Source: an uncultured Chloroflexia bacterium
GTDB taxonomy: Bacteria > Chloroflexota > Limnocylindria > Limnocylindrales > CSP1-4
DNA length: 64,000 bases
Assembly (NCBI GenBank): GCA_963766735.1
Contig: CAVYBU010000003.1
Coordinates: forward strand, 96,001 to 160,000
Direction of reading: 5' to 3'
Positions 1 through 10,156 of this stretch are shown piece by piece; positions within the stretch are counted from its first letter, which is position 1; every line of letters begins with the position of its first letter. Position numbers and translations under genes: made by a program. Below the pieces are notes generated by a model. That model was not told the DNA's origin, searched no databases, and was given only the letters and a program-made list of their open reading frames with translations.

Positions 1-824
1 TGGTGATGGTCGGTGACGGGATCAACGATGCCCCGGCCCTGGCCGCGGCCGACGTCGGGGTGGCGATGGGCGCCCGGGGAGCGACGGCCAGCTCCGAGGC
101 CGCGGACATCGTCATCACCGTGGACCGCCTGGACCGCCTCCCGGAGGCGATCCGGATCGCTCGTCGATCGAGGCTGATCGCCATTCAGAGCGTGGTCGTC
201 GGCATGGGCCTGTCCATCGCCGCGATGCTGTTCGCGATGACCGGGGCCCTGCCGCCCGTGGCGGGTGCGCTGCTCCAGGAGGCGATCGATGTCATCGTGA
301 TCCTCAACGCCCTGCGGGCGCTCTCCGGCGGCCTCGAGAAGACCCCCAGGATCCCCGGCTGGACGGAGATCAGCATCCGCCTGCACAACGAGCACCGCGA
401 GCTCGCTCCGTCCCTCGCCCGGATCCGCGCCCTCGCAGACGGGCTCGGATCCATGCCTCCGGCGCGCGCGCGCGATGAGCTGCAGCAGATCCGCTCATTC
501 CTCACCGGGACGCTCATCCCGCACGAGGAGGACGAGGACCGCGAGATCTTCCCGCTCGTCGCGACCGCGATGGGAAACGATGATGCGACCTCCTCCCTGC
601 ACCGGACGCACACCGAGATCTTCCACCTGATCCGCTTCATGGACCGACTGGTGGCGGAGGTCCCGGAAGAGGGCCCCGGCCCCGAGGATCTCAACGACCT
701 GCGCCGCGTGCTCTACGGCCTGGATGCCATCCTGCGACTCCACATGGCGCAGGAGGAGGAGCTGTACCTGGCACTCGGCGACGAGCATCCGCAGGCAGCC
801 CCGGTCGCGGCCAAGGCCGCCTGA
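1..824 (+). CDS. Heavy-metal P1B-type ATPase (3' part) with C-terminal hemerythrin-like domain; 5' truncated by window edge
   Basis: MVGDGINDAPALAAADVGVAMG hinge motif and two final TM helices, then a His/Glu-rich helical domain (EH, HEEDE, HRTH, HMAQEE). Confidence 0.9.
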   Translation, partial: VMVGDGINDAPALAAADVGVAMGARGATASSEAADIVITVDRLDRLPEAIRIARRSRLIAIQSVVVGMGLSIAAMLFAMTGALPPVAGALLQEAIDVIVILNALRALSGGLEKTPRIPGWTEISIRLHNEHRELAPSLARIRALADGLGSMPPARARDELQQIRSFLTGTLIPHEEDEDREIFPLVATAMGNDDATSSLHRTHTEIFHLIRFMDRLVAEVPEEGPGPEDLNDLRRVLYGLDAILRLHMAQEEELYLALGDEHPQAAPVAAKAA

Positions 825-846
825 ACTGGGCTGGGGGCGCCTCCGA

Positions 847-1860
847 TCAGGATCGGCCTCCGCCAGCCTCCCGGATCGCACACGTCAGGCGGTGCGTGAG
901 CAGCGCGTCCCCGTAGCTGCTGAACAGACGTCCCGCGTCGCCGTGCTCGATGGCGTCGAGGAACGCCCGATCCTCGTCACGGAACGGGTCGTTGCCGGTC
1001 GGCACGTAGCGGGTCGCCGTCACGCCCCACTGCCGGCTGCCGGTGAAGCCGTCGGTCGCGGTCACCGCCTTCGTGCGCGCGTCCTCGTACAGGACCCCCT
1101 GCTGGCGGATCGTTATCGCCAGGCCGTCCGCGAACAGGCGGACCTCCTGGGCGCTCGTTCCACCCAGGATGCACGTGGCGGTGAACGTGCCGACGGGACC
1201 GGCGTCGTAGCGGACGATGGCGGTGCTGACGTCGGCCACGGTGATGTCGGGGTGATCGGGGTGCTCGTGTCGATCCGCGGTGGCGCCGACCACCGTGGCC
1301 TCGCCCAGGAGCAGACGGGAGAGGTCGACGAGGTGGGTGGCCTGCTCCACCATCTGCCCTCCGCCGCGGCCCTCGTCACGCCACCACGCCGGGCCGGGCA
1401 GGCTGTCGTGCCAGTGGCCGTTGAGGAGCTTGACCGGGTTGGCAGCGATCAGGTCCTCGACCTCGCGCAGCGTGTCCATCGCCCGCCAGTGATAGGCCAC
1501 TCCGGCGACAACACCGGCCTTCTCGATGGCTGCCGCGATCCGCTCGGGCGTCTCGGCATCTGCGGCAAGCGGCTTCTCCGTGAACAGGTGGACCCCGCGC
1601 TCGATCAGCACCAGCTCCAGCTCGCCGTGCTGGTCGGGCGGAAGGCAGATCCAGGCCGCCTCGGGGCGCTCCCGGTCGAGCATGGCCTCGAGGTTGTCGT
1701 ACGGACGTCCGCCGAAGCGGTGCGCGGCGTCGTCCGCCTGTCCCGGTCGGCGGCCCAGGATTCCCACCAGCTCCACGTCCGGCTCAGAGCTCAGCACCTC
1801 GAGGTGGCGCTGCGCGATGAACCCGGGCCCGATGACGGCGACTCGCCGACGTCTTGTCAT
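847..1860 (-). CDS. Gfo/Idh/MocA family NAD(P)-dependent oxidoreductase
   Basis: VAVIGPGFIA Rossmann start, EKP motif, GGG..EQATHLVD. Start moved to ATG 1860 (MTRRRRVAVIG); the longer ORF call runs into the tmRNA. Confidence 0.9.
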   Translation of the reverse strand: MTRRRRVAVIGPGFIAQRHLEVLSSEPDVELVGILGRRPGQADDAAHRFGGRPYDNLEAMLDRERPEAAWICLPPDQHGELELVLIERGVHLFTEKPLAADAETPERIAAAIEKAGVVAGVAYHWRAMDTLREVEDLIAANPVKLLNGHWHDSLPGPAWWRDEGRGGGQMVEQATHLVDLSRLLLGEATVVGATADRHEHPDHPDITVADVSTAIVRYDAGPVGTFTATCILGGTSAQEVRLFADGLAITIRQQGVLYEDARTKAVTATDGFTGSRQWGVTATRYVPTGNDPFRDEDRAFLDAIEHGDAGRLFSSYGDALLTHRLTCAIREAGGGRS

Positions 1861-2127
1861 GCTTGGTCTCCAGTGCGTGGCGCCCAGCGTACCCGGGGAC
1901 CCGGCAAGCGAGGGAGCCTGCCATGGCCAACGGATGTGGTCGCCGCGCGCCCTGCCCCCGGTTTCGCCACGCCCCGGATGCTCCACTCCACCGGGACGCC
2001 GCTCCACGCGATCGAGAACACGGGGGCGGACGAAATGGTGGTGATCTGCAGTGGGCACAAGCCGCCGGCCAACGGGGCTGACGGAGCCGGGCGGGCTGCG
2101 GGAGGCGCCGCGCCGGGGCAGACGTGT

Positions 2128-2499
2128 TGGTGGAGATGGGGGAGAGTCGAACTCCCCGTCCAGAACCCTTCGCCAGGACCCACTACGAGCGTGTCCGATG
2201 ATTTTCGTCAGCCGGTCGGACGCCCATCGGCAGGCTGCCGTCCGGCCCATCTACGTGTCCCTAGATCGGGCTTCGCTCCGGAGTACGTAACCTCGTCCGG
2301 GCTGCACCTTCGCTAAGTGACGCTTCCACGGCCCGCGAAGGGGAGGCCGCTTCCACGCTCACCTTACCGCCTAAGCGGCGAGGGCGAGAGCAGGCTGCTT
2401 GTTGGCAGTTACTTCGTTTTGCCGCCGGTTTAACGAGGCCTGGCGGCACCTCGGCTCGCGTTCCCTGGCAACCAAGCCCTGTCGAAACCACGCATCCCC
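2128..2499 (-). ncRNA. ssrA: tmRNA (transfer-messenger RNA), tag peptide ANKQPALALAA*
   Basis: 5' GGGGATGCGTGGTTTCGACAGG; 3' GGGGAGTTCGACTCTCCCCCATCTCCACCA (T-arm, acceptor stem, CCA). GTAACT precedes the GCC resume codon; tag stop at 2371-2373; 372 nt. Confidence 0.97.
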
Positions 2500-2678
2500 A
2501 CAGGACCGAACCACCGTTCGGGGAGCGAATGGTAGCACCGGACTGTGGTGGAGGCGCCCGGGCGGGAGACCCCGGACCACAGCCCCGGGCCTGGGCCCGG
2601 AAGCGCGGAGCCGGGCCTCGTCGGCGCGTTCGGGATATCCTCGGCGACATTGTTCACGGGCTCAAGGAGTGAAGGGAG

Positions 2679-4838
2679 GTGGCCGTGGCGACGGACGTGC
2701 ATCCCGGCGTTCCCGATGCGCCCGGCCCGGCGGCGCCGGCAGTGTGGCCCGGTCGGCCGTACCCGCTGGGCGCGACGTTCGACGGCGCAGGCACCTCCTT
2801 CACGCTGTTCTCCGAGGTTGCCGACCGCGTCGAGCTGTGCCTGTTCGATGCCGATGGTGTCGAGACCCGGCTCGACCTGCCCGAGACGACCGGCCATGTC
2901 TGGCACGGGTACGTCCCGAGCGTCACGCCTGGGCAGCGGTACGGCTTCCGCGTCCATGGCCCCTGGGATCCGGCGCGCGGCCTGCGGAGCAACCCGGCAA
3001 AGCTGCTCATGGACCCGTACGCGAAGGCGATCGAGGGGTCGGTCGACTGGCACGAGGCGGTGTACCCGTACCGGTTCGGCTCCCCCGACGAGCTCGATGA
3101 CCGTGACAGCGCCCCATACGTTCCCCGATCGGTCGTCATCAACCCGTTCTTCGACTGGTCCGAGGACCGGTCCCCGCGTCGTGACCTGTACCAGGTCGTG
3201 ATCTACGAGACGCACGTCCGCGGGTTCACGATGACGCACCCCGAGATCCCGGAGGCGCTCCGCGGCACGTACGCCGGGCTCGCCCACCCGGCCGCCATCC
3301 GGCACCTCACGTCGCTGGGGGTCACCGCGGTGGAGCTGATGCCGGTCCACCAGTTCATCCACGACCAGCACCTGGTGGATCGCGGCCTGCGCAACTACTG
3401 GGGCTACAACTCGATCGGCTTCCTGGCACCCCACAACGAGTACGCGAGCTCGGGCCAGGCGGGCGAGCAGGTGGGCGAGTTCAAGGCGATGGTCCGCTCT
3501 CTCCACCAGGCCGGGATCGAGGTGATCCTCGATGTCGTCTACAACCACACCGCCGAAGGCAACCACCTGGGCCCGATGCTTGCCTTCAAGGGCATCGACA
3601 ACGTCGCCTTCTACCGGCTGATGAACGACGACCGGCGGCACTACATGGACTACACGGGGACCGGGAACTCCATCAACGTCCGCCACCCGCAGGTACTCCA
3701 GCTGATCATGGACAGCCTGCGGTACTGGGTGCTGGAGATGCACGTGGACGGGTTCCGATTCGACCTCGCCTCGACGCTTGCCAGGGAGCTCCACGACGTC
3801 GACCGCCTGTCTGCGTTCTTCGACCTCATCCACCAGGACCCGGTGATCAGCCAGGTCAAGCTGATCGCGGAGCCGTGGGACGTCGGCGAGGGCGGCTACC
3901 AGGTGGGCAACTTCCCCGTCCTGTGGTCGGAGTGGAACGGGCGCTACCGGGACACCGTGCGCGATTTCTGGCGCGGCGAGCCGGGCGCCATGAGCGACTT
4001 CGCCTACCGCCTGACGGGGAGCTCCGACCTGTACGAGGGCACCGGGCGGCGCCCGCATGCGAGCATCAACTTCGTCACCGCACACGACGGGTTCCCGCTG
4101 GCCGACCTCGTCGCCTACAACGAGAAGCACAACGACGCCAACGGTGAGGACGGCCGCGACGGGGAATCCCACAACCGTTCGTGGAACAGCGGTGTCGAGG
4201 GCCCGACGGATGACCACGGCGTGAACGCGCTGCGGCGTCGCCAGAGGCGCAACATGCTGGCGACCCTGTTCCTGTCGCAGGGCGTGCCGATGCTGCTTGG
4301 CGGCGATGAGCTGGGACGCAGCCAGGGCGGCAACAACAACGCGTATTGCCAGGACGGCCCCCTCTCGTGGTACGACTGGGAGCGGGCCGACGAGGACCAC
4401 CTCGCCTTCACCACCCACCTCCTGGCGTTCCGCCGGGACCACCCGGTGTTCCGCCGCCGCCGCTTCTTCCAGGGCAGGCCGATCCACGGCCAGGGCTTGA
4501 TGGATATCGAGTGGTTCACGACCGACGGTGCGGTGATGGAGGAGGAGTACTGGGGCCAGGACCACGCGCGCGACTTCGGGGTCCTGCTGTCCGGGGACGC
4601 GATCCCGACCCGCGACGAGCGGGGCGAGCCCGTCCGCGATGACACCTTCTACCTGCTGTTCAACGCGCGGAGCGAGGTGGTCCACGCGACACTCCCGCTC
4701 GGCAAGGGCCGGTGCTGGCGGGTGGTCCTGGACACCGGAGCCGACGAGCCCTTTCCGGCCGACGGCCCGTCATTCGCTCCCGGCGAGCGTTTGCGGTTGA
4801 CGGACCGCTCGGTCGTCGTCCTGCAGAGGGTCGAGTAG
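2679..4838 (+). CDS. glgX: Glycogen debranching enzyme (GH13)
   Basis: PYPLGAT, NYWGYN, DVVYNHT, DGFRFDLA, AEPWD, TAHDGF, GNNNAYCQD; RBS GAAGGGAGG. Confidence 0.97.
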   Translation: MAVATDVHPGVPDAPGPAAPAVWPGRPYPLGATFDGAGTSFTLFSEVADRVELCLFDADGVETRLDLPETTGHVWHGYVPSVTPGQRYGFRVHGPWDPARGLRSNPAKLLMDPYAKAIEGSVDWHEAVYPYRFGSPDELDDRDSAPYVPRSVVINPFFDWSEDRSPRRDLYQVVIYETHVRGFTMTHPEIPEALRGTYAGLAHPAAIRHLTSLGVTAVELMPVHQFIHDQHLVDRGLRNYWGYNSIGFLAPHNEYASSGQAGEQVGEFKAMVRSLHQAGIEVILDVVYNHTAEGNHLGPMLAFKGIDNVAFYRLMNDDRRHYMDYTGTGNSINVRHPQVLQLIMDSLRYWVLEMHVDGFRFDLASTLARELHDVDRLSAFFDLIHQDPVISQVKLIAEPWDVGEGGYQVGNFPVLWSEWNGRYRDTVRDFWRGEPGAMSDFAYRLTGSSDLYEGTGRRPHASINFVTAHDGFPLADLVAYNEKHNDANGEDGRDGESHNRSWNSGVEGPTDDHGVNALRRRQRRNMLATLFLSQGVPMLLGGDELGRSQGGNNNAYCQDGPLSWYDWERADEDHLAFTTHLLAFRRDHPVFRRRRFFQGRPIHGQGLMDIEWFTTDGAVMEEEYWGQDHARDFGVLLSGDAIPTRDERGEPVRDDTFYLLFNARSEVVHATLPLGKGRCWRVVLDTGADEPFPADGPSFAPGERLRLTDRSVVVLQRVE

Positions 4839-4844
4839 GCGCCC

Positions 4845-7607
4845 ATGCCCGATTCAGGCTCCCCCATCGAGGCGTTCGCAACCGGCCCCCGCCGGGTGGA
4901 TCCGCGCGCCACCTATCGGATCCAGCTGACGCCGGCGTTCACCTTCGACGATGCTGCCGGGATCGCGCCGTACCTGCAGGCCCTGGGGATCAGCCACGTC
5001 TACGCCTCGCCCTACCTGCGGGCGATGCCGGGCAGCCTCCACGGTTACGACGTCGTGGACCCGCGGAGGGTCAACCCGGAGCTCGGCGGCGAGGAGGGCC
5101 ACGCCCGGTTCAGCGCAACCCTGGGACGTCACGACCTGGGCCAGGTGCTCGACATCGTGCCCAACCACATGGCAATCGGGCCGGAGAACCCGTGGTGGTG
5201 GGACGTGCTCGAGAACGGGCCCGCCAGCCGCTGGGCGATGGCGTTCGACGTCGACTGGGCCCACCCGGAGCCACACCTCCGGGAGCGCGTCCTGCTGCCC
5301 GTTCTCGGCGACCACTACGGGCGGGTGCTCGAGGCCGGCGACCTGCGCCTCTCCTGGGATGGGCAGCGGTTCACCGTCCGGTACCACGAGCAGCGCTTCC
5401 CGGTGGCGCCCCGGAGCCTCGACGAGCTGCTCTCCCTCGCCGCCGAGCGGGCGGGCTCGGCCGAGCTCGCGTTCCTCGCCGACGCGTTCGGCGCGCTCCC
5501 GGCCTCGACCGTCGTCGAGCCGACGCTCCGCGAGCGCAGGCACCGCGACAAGGAGGTGCTCGAGGAGCGGCTCGAGGCCCTGGCCGTCGCCGAGCCCGGT
5601 GTCGCCGAGGCGATCGAGGCAGCCGTCGCCGCGACCAACGGCGACGTCGAGACCATGGACAGGATGCTCGAGCGCCAGAACTACCGCCTCTCCTGGTGGC
5701 GGGCGGCGCGCCGCGACCTCGGCTACCGCCGCTTCTTCGACGTGACGACCCTGGTCGGACTTCGGATCGAGGACCCGAGGGTGTTCGCCGAGACGCAGGC
5801 GCTGATCCTCGAGTGGCTCGCGGCCGGGGTCCTCGACGGCCTGCGGATCGACCACCCCGATGGTCTCCTCGATCCGGAGGGTTTCCTGCGGCGGCTTCGC
5901 TGGGCGAGCCCGCGGGCATGGATCGTCGTCGAGAAGATCCTGGAGCCCGGCGAGGAGCTGCGACGGAGCTGGCCGGTTGCCGGGACAAGCGGCTACGACT
6001 TCCTCCGCCGCGCAAACGGGCTGTTCGTGGACCCGGCCGGCGAGGGCCCGCTGACCGACCTGCAGACGCAGGTCACGGGCGAGGACCGTCCGTTCCGGGA
6101 CATCGCCCAGGAGTCGAAGGTGGCCATCCTCGACGAGGTCCTCGGGTCGGAGCTCGGGCGGCTCACGGCGCTCCTGCTCGACGTGCTCGAGCGGCTCCGC
6201 CGCCACCGGGACCACACTCGGCACGACCTGCACGACGCGCTCCGGGCCCTCCTGGTCGCGTTCCCCGTGTACCGGACCTACGTGCGGGTGGAGATCGCGG
6301 ACGATGGACGCCGCCTCACGCAGGTCGCCCCCGAAGACGAGGCGGTCGTGGGCGAGGCGGTCGAGGCCGCGAAGCTCCTCCGACCGGACCTGCCGCCCGA
6401 CCTGTTCGACATCCTCGGCGATCTGCTCCTGCTCCGCCGGCCGGGCGACGAGCTGGAGGAGGAGCTTGCCCTGCGGTTCCAGCAGCTCACGGGACCCGTC
6501 ATGGCAAAGGGCCTCGAGGACACGGCGTTCTACCGCGACCTGCGCCTCCTGGCGCTCAACGAGGTCGGCGGGGATCCGGGGACGTTCGGGACGAGCGTCG
6601 CCGACTTCCACGACGCGAACCGGATGGCGCAGGAGCGCTGGCCCCTCGGGATGCTCACGACCTCGACCCACGACACGAAGCGGAGCGAGGATGTCCGGAC
6701 GCGGCTCGCGGTCCTGTCCGAGGTACCCGACGCGTGGGCGCGGACGGTCTCGGAGTGGCGCCGGATGGGCGACCCGTATCGCACCGACGCAGGCCCGGAC
6801 GGTCACGCCGAGTACCTCCTCTACCAGACGCTGGTGGGCGCCTGGCCGATCGGCATGGACCGGCTCGGCCCCTACCTGTCAAAGGCCCTCCGCGAGGCCA
6901 AGCTCCGGACAACCTGGACCGCCCCAGATGCCGCCTACGAAGCCGCGGTGGTCTCGTTCGCGGAGGGCCTGCTGGGGGACGAGGAGTTCCGCACATCGCT
7001 CGAGGCGTTCATGGGCACGGTCCTCCGCCCGGGTCGCGTCAACTCGCTCGCCCAGCTCCTGGTCAAGCTCACGTCCCCCGGCGTCCCGGACGTCTACCAG
7101 GGGGCGGACCTGTGGGACATGAGCCTCGTCGATCCCGACAACCGGCGCCCGCTGGATGTCGGGATCCGGCATCGGATCCTCGCCGAGCTGACCGGCGATG
7201 GCGGACCCTCGCCCGAGGCACTGGCCGACCGGCTCGACGATCCGGCCGAGCCGGGATCGCCCAAGCTGGCTGTCCTCCGGGCGGCGCTCGCCGTCCGTGC
7301 CCGGGAGCCCGAGGCCTTCGGTCCGTCGGCGACCTACGAGCCGCTGACCGCCGACGGGACCGCGGCCGAGCACGTCATCGGGTTCGTCCGGACCGGCCGC
7401 GTCGCGACGATCGCTCCCCGCCTGACGGTCTCGCTCGGAGGTGACTGGTCCGACACGACGGTCGCCCTGGCCGCCGGTCGTTGGCGGAACGAGCTCACCG
7501 GTGAGGTCCACGAGGTAGGAGACACCCCGAAGTCCGGCCCCCTGCTGGTCGGCGACGTGCTCGGACGGTTCCCGGTCGCCCTGCTCGTCCGCGAGGAGGT
7601 GTCGTGA
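4845..7607 (+). CDS. treY: Malto-oligosyltrehalose synthase
   Basis: ATYRIQL, HGYDVVD, DIVPNHM, YRRFFDV, GLRIDHPDGL, TSTHDTKRSED. Confidence 0.97.
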   Translation: MPDSGSPIEAFATGPRRVDPRATYRIQLTPAFTFDDAAGIAPYLQALGISHVYASPYLRAMPGSLHGYDVVDPRRVNPELGGEEGHARFSATLGRHDLGQVLDIVPNHMAIGPENPWWWDVLENGPASRWAMAFDVDWAHPEPHLRERVLLPVLGDHYGRVLEAGDLRLSWDGQRFTVRYHEQRFPVAPRSLDELLSLAAERAGSAELAFLADAFGALPASTVVEPTLRERRHRDKEVLEERLEALAVAEPGVAEAIEAAVAATNGDVETMDRMLERQNYRLSWWRAARRDLGYRRFFDVTTLVGLRIEDPRVFAETQALILEWLAAGVLDGLRIDHPDGLLDPEGFLRRLRWASPRAWIVVEKILEPGEELRRSWPVAGTSGYDFLRRANGLFVDPAGEGPLTDLQTQVTGEDRPFRDIAQESKVAILDEVLGSELGRLTALLLDVLERLRRHRDHTRHDLHDALRALLVAFPVYRTYVRVEIADDGRRLTQVAPEDEAVVGEAVEAAKLLRPDLPPDLFDILGDLLLLRRPGDELEEELALRFQQLTGPVMAKGLEDTAFYRDLRLLALNEVGGDPGTFGTSVADFHDANRMAQERWPLGMLTTSTHDTKRSEDVRTRLAVLSEVPDAWARTVSEWRRMGDPYRTDAGPDGHAEYLLYQTLVGAWPIGMDRLGPYLSKALREAKLRTTWTAPDAAYEAAVVSFAEGLLGDEEFRTSLEAFMGTVLRPGRVNSLAQLLVKLTSPGVPDVYQGADLWDMSLVDPDNRRPLDVGIRHRILAELTGDGGPSPEALADRLDDPAEPGSPKLAVLRAALAVRAREPEAFGPSATYEPLTADGTAAEHVIGFVRTGRVATIAPRLTVSLGGDWSDTTVALAAGRWRNELTGEVHEVGDTPKSGPLLVGDVLGRFPVALLVREEVS

Positions 7608-9397
7608 CCGCGTTCCGCGTGTGGGCGCCGCGGCCGGAGCGCGTGGAACTGGCGATCGCACCCGCCGGAGACCAGGGCACCGGCGCCGGGACAGCGGGCG
7701 GCAGCGCCCGGAGCGCGTCGCCGGAGCGGCACGCCATGATCCGCGAGGAACGTGGCTGGTGGTCGGTCGACGTGCCTGAGGCGGGCCCGGGGTCGGACTA
7801 CGGATACGTGCTCGACGGGGCCGGCCCGTTCCCCGATCCACGGTCGCCCTGGCAGCCCGGCGGCGTCCACGCCCTGTCGCGGACCGTGGACCACGCCGCG
7901 TTCCCCTGGTCCGACCGCGGCTGGGAGGCACCTCCGCTGTCGGACGGGGTGATCTACGAGCTCCACGTCGGGACGTTCACGCCCGCCGGGACGTTCGAGG
8001 GGGCGATCGAGCGGCTGGACGACCTGGTCGAGCTCGGCATCAGCCACGTCGAGCTGATGCCCGTCGCCGAGTTCCCGGGCGATCGCGGCTGGGGCTACGA
8101 CGGGGTCGACCTGTTCGCCCCACACCACGCGTACGGCGGCCCGGAAGGCCTCAAGCGGCTCGTCGACGCATGCCACGCCCGCGGCCTTGCCGTGCTCGTC
8201 GACGTCGTCTGGAACCACCTCGGGCCGGACGGCAACTACCTCGGGCGCTTCGGGCCGTACTTCACGGATCGATACCACACCCCCTGGGGCGAGGCGGTCA
8301 ACTTCGACGGACCGGGATCGGACGAGGTCCGCGACTTCGTCATCGACAACGCACGGACGTGGCTCGAGGACTACCACGCCGACGGTCTCCGGATCGACGC
8401 CGTGCACGCGATCTTCGACCAGTCCGCCACGACGATCCTGGAGGCGGTGGCCGCGGCGGTCCACGTGCTCGGCGATCGCCTCGGACGGCGGCTCGTCGCC
8501 ATCGCAGAGAGCGACCTCAACGACCCCCGCCATGTGCGCGAGGTCGACCGGGGGGGCTACGGGCTCGACGCCCAGTGGAACGACGAGTTCCGCCATGCGC
8601 TTCACGTCGCGCTGACCGGCGAGTCGGACGGGTACCACGCGCAGTACACGGGCATCGAGGACGTGGCGACCGCCCTCCGGCAGGTGTTCGTCTTCGACGG
8701 GCGCTACTCCGCGTTCCGCGATCGATCCCACGGCCGGCCCGTCGGTGATCTGCCGGCGACCCGTTTCGTCGGGTTCCTGCAGAACCACGACCAGGTCGGG
8801 AACCGGGCCCTTGGGGATCGCATCGGTCACCTGGTGGTGCCGGAGGCGCAGCAGACCGCCGCGGCGCTGGTCCTGCTCGGGCCGTTCGTGCCGCTGCTGT
8901 TCGCAGGGGAGGAGTGGGCTGCGTCCAGCCCGTTCCAGTACTTCACCGATCACCGGGACGAGGTGCTCGGCTCCGCGGTGCGCGAGGGCCGTCGTCGGGA
9001 GTTTCCGGACTTCCTGCGCGACGGGATCGAGATCCCGGACCCCCAGGCGCCGGCGACATTCGAGCGCTCGCGACTCGACTGGGCAGAGCGGTCGCTCGAG
9101 CCCCACGCCTCGATGCTCGCCTGGTACCGCCGCCTGATCGCGTTCCGGGCAGAGCACGACGAGCTGCGCGACGGCAACCGCCCGATCGTGACCGTCAACG
9201 TCCAGGACAGCTGGATCGTCATGGCCCGGACGCGGCTGTGGGTCGTCGCCAACCTGGGTCCAGCCCCGCGAACCGTCCCGCTGGAGGACGGCCGGCCGTG
9301 GCGGATCGTGCTCGCGTCCGACGACGCGATCGCACTGGCCGGGGCCGCCGTGGCCCTGCCGGGGTGGTCGATGGCGGTGGTCGAGCCCGCGGGCTGA
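7604..9397 (+). CDS. treZ: Malto-oligosyltrehalose trehalohydrolase
   Basis: FRVWAP, IYELHVGTF, WGYDGV, GLRIDAVHA, QNHDQVGNR; GTGA overlap with treY. Confidence 0.97.
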   Translation: MTAFRVWAPRPERVELAIAPAGDQGTGAGTAGGSARSASPERHAMIREERGWWSVDVPEAGPGSDYGYVLDGAGPFPDPRSPWQPGGVHALSRTVDHAAFPWSDRGWEAPPLSDGVIYELHVGTFTPAGTFEGAIERLDDLVELGISHVELMPVAEFPGDRGWGYDGVDLFAPHHAYGGPEGLKRLVDACHARGLAVLVDVVWNHLGPDGNYLGRFGPYFTDRYHTPWGEAVNFDGPGSDEVRDFVIDNARTWLEDYHADGLRIDAVHAIFDQSATTILEAVAAAVHVLGDRLGRRLVAIAESDLNDPRHVREVDRGGYGLDAQWNDEFRHALHVALTGESDGYHAQYTGIEDVATALRQVFVFDGRYSAFRDRSHGRPVGDLPATRFVGFLQNHDQVGNRALGDRIGHLVVPEAQQTAAALVLLGPFVPLLFAGEEWAASSPFQYFTDHRDEVLGSAVREGRRREFPDFLRDGIEIPDPQAPATFERSRLDWAERSLEPHASMLAWYRRLIAFRAEHDELRDGNRPIVTVNVQDSWIVMARTRLWVVANLGPAPRTVPLEDGRPWRIVLASDDAIALAGAAVALPGWSMAVVEPAG

Positions 9398-9529
9398 CGG
9401 CGGCTGCCTTCATGCCAGCCTGCATCTTCGCCTGATGGCTCGCGATCCGGCCGGCGAACGGGACCGCACTGTCCGTCGCCCCCGGGGTCGCCGACGAGCG
9501 TTGGCCACGTCTGGTTCCCCGAGCACCGC

Positions 9530-9535
9530 TACCAT
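9530..9535 (+). promoter_or_regulatory. Putative -10 element (TACCAT) of a leaderless transcript for the urease-like genes
   Basis: TACCAT lies 6 nt before ATG 9542; no SD visible. Confidence 0.5.
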
Positions 9536-9541
9536 CCGCTG

Positions 9542-10156
9542 ATGCGCCTGATCCCCTGGGAAGAAGACCGCCTCGCGATCTTCGCCGCCGCCGAGCTGGC
9601 CCGCCGCCGCCGGGCAACCGGCCTGTCCCTCAATCACCCCGAGGCCGTCGCCGTCATCTGTGACGCGATGCTCGAGGCCGCCCGCGCAGGCGCGACGTAC
9701 GCGGAGGTGGAGGCGGCTGGGTGCGCCGCGGTGGACCCGGATGACGTGCTGGGCGGAGTCCGCGAGCTGCTGGACGAGGTCCGTCTGGAGGTGCTCCTGG
9801 GCGACGGGTCGCGGCTGATCGTGCTCAGAGATCCGCTGGACCGGGGAGTGCCACCCGACGCTTACGGCCCGGGCGCCCTCGTGATCGGCGACCAGCGGGA
9901 CGTGGAGGTGAACATGGGGCGCGAGACCGTCGAGCTGGCGGTCACCAGCCGCTCCCGGCGCCGCATCCGGATCTCCTCGCACTACCCGTTCCACCGCGTC
10001 AACCAGCGCCTGGAGTTCGATCGCACCGCCGCCGAAGGCTACCGTCTCGACATTCCGGCCGGGGGCCACGTGGGCTGGGAGCCGGGCGAGACGAAGACGG
10101 TTCTCCTCGTGCGCTACGCCGGCACACGCGGCCGGAGCCCCGGGGCCGCGCGATGA
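9542..10156 (+). CDS. ureAB: Urease gamma/beta fused subunit (divergent)
   Basis: Gamma part MRLIPWEEDRL..LNHPEAVA; beta part SSHYPFHRVN..LEFDR..GYRLDIPAG..EPGETK. Confidence 0.85.
   Translation: MRLIPWEEDRLAIFAAAELARRRRATGLSLNHPEAVAVICDAMLEAARAGATYAEVEAAGCAAVDPDDVLGGVRELLDEVRLEVLLGDGSRLIVLRDPLDRGVPPDAYGPGALVIGDQRDVEVNMGRETVELAVTSRSRRRIRISSHYPFHRVNQRLEFDRTAAEGYRLDIPAGGHVGWEPGETKTVLLVRYAGTRGRSPGAAR

Noticed and set aside
1-2127. Possible genomic island integrated at the tmRNA 3' end
   Set aside because: No integrase, att duplication or compositional shift is visible in the window; it cannot be excluded beyond the edge.
2128-2165. tRNA-like 3' end with CCA
   Set aside because: It is the tRNA-like domain of the tmRNA, not a separate tRNA.
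724-2316. 530-aa plus-strand ORF and the many other long overlapping ORFs (e.g. 2430-4685, 4712-7444, 15189-17687, 20929-23886, 29081-31588, 38069-40336)
   Set aside because: These are antisense or shifted-frame shadows of real genes, expected in high-GC DNA where stop codons are scarce; their composition is Arg/Gly/Pro-rich with no motifs.
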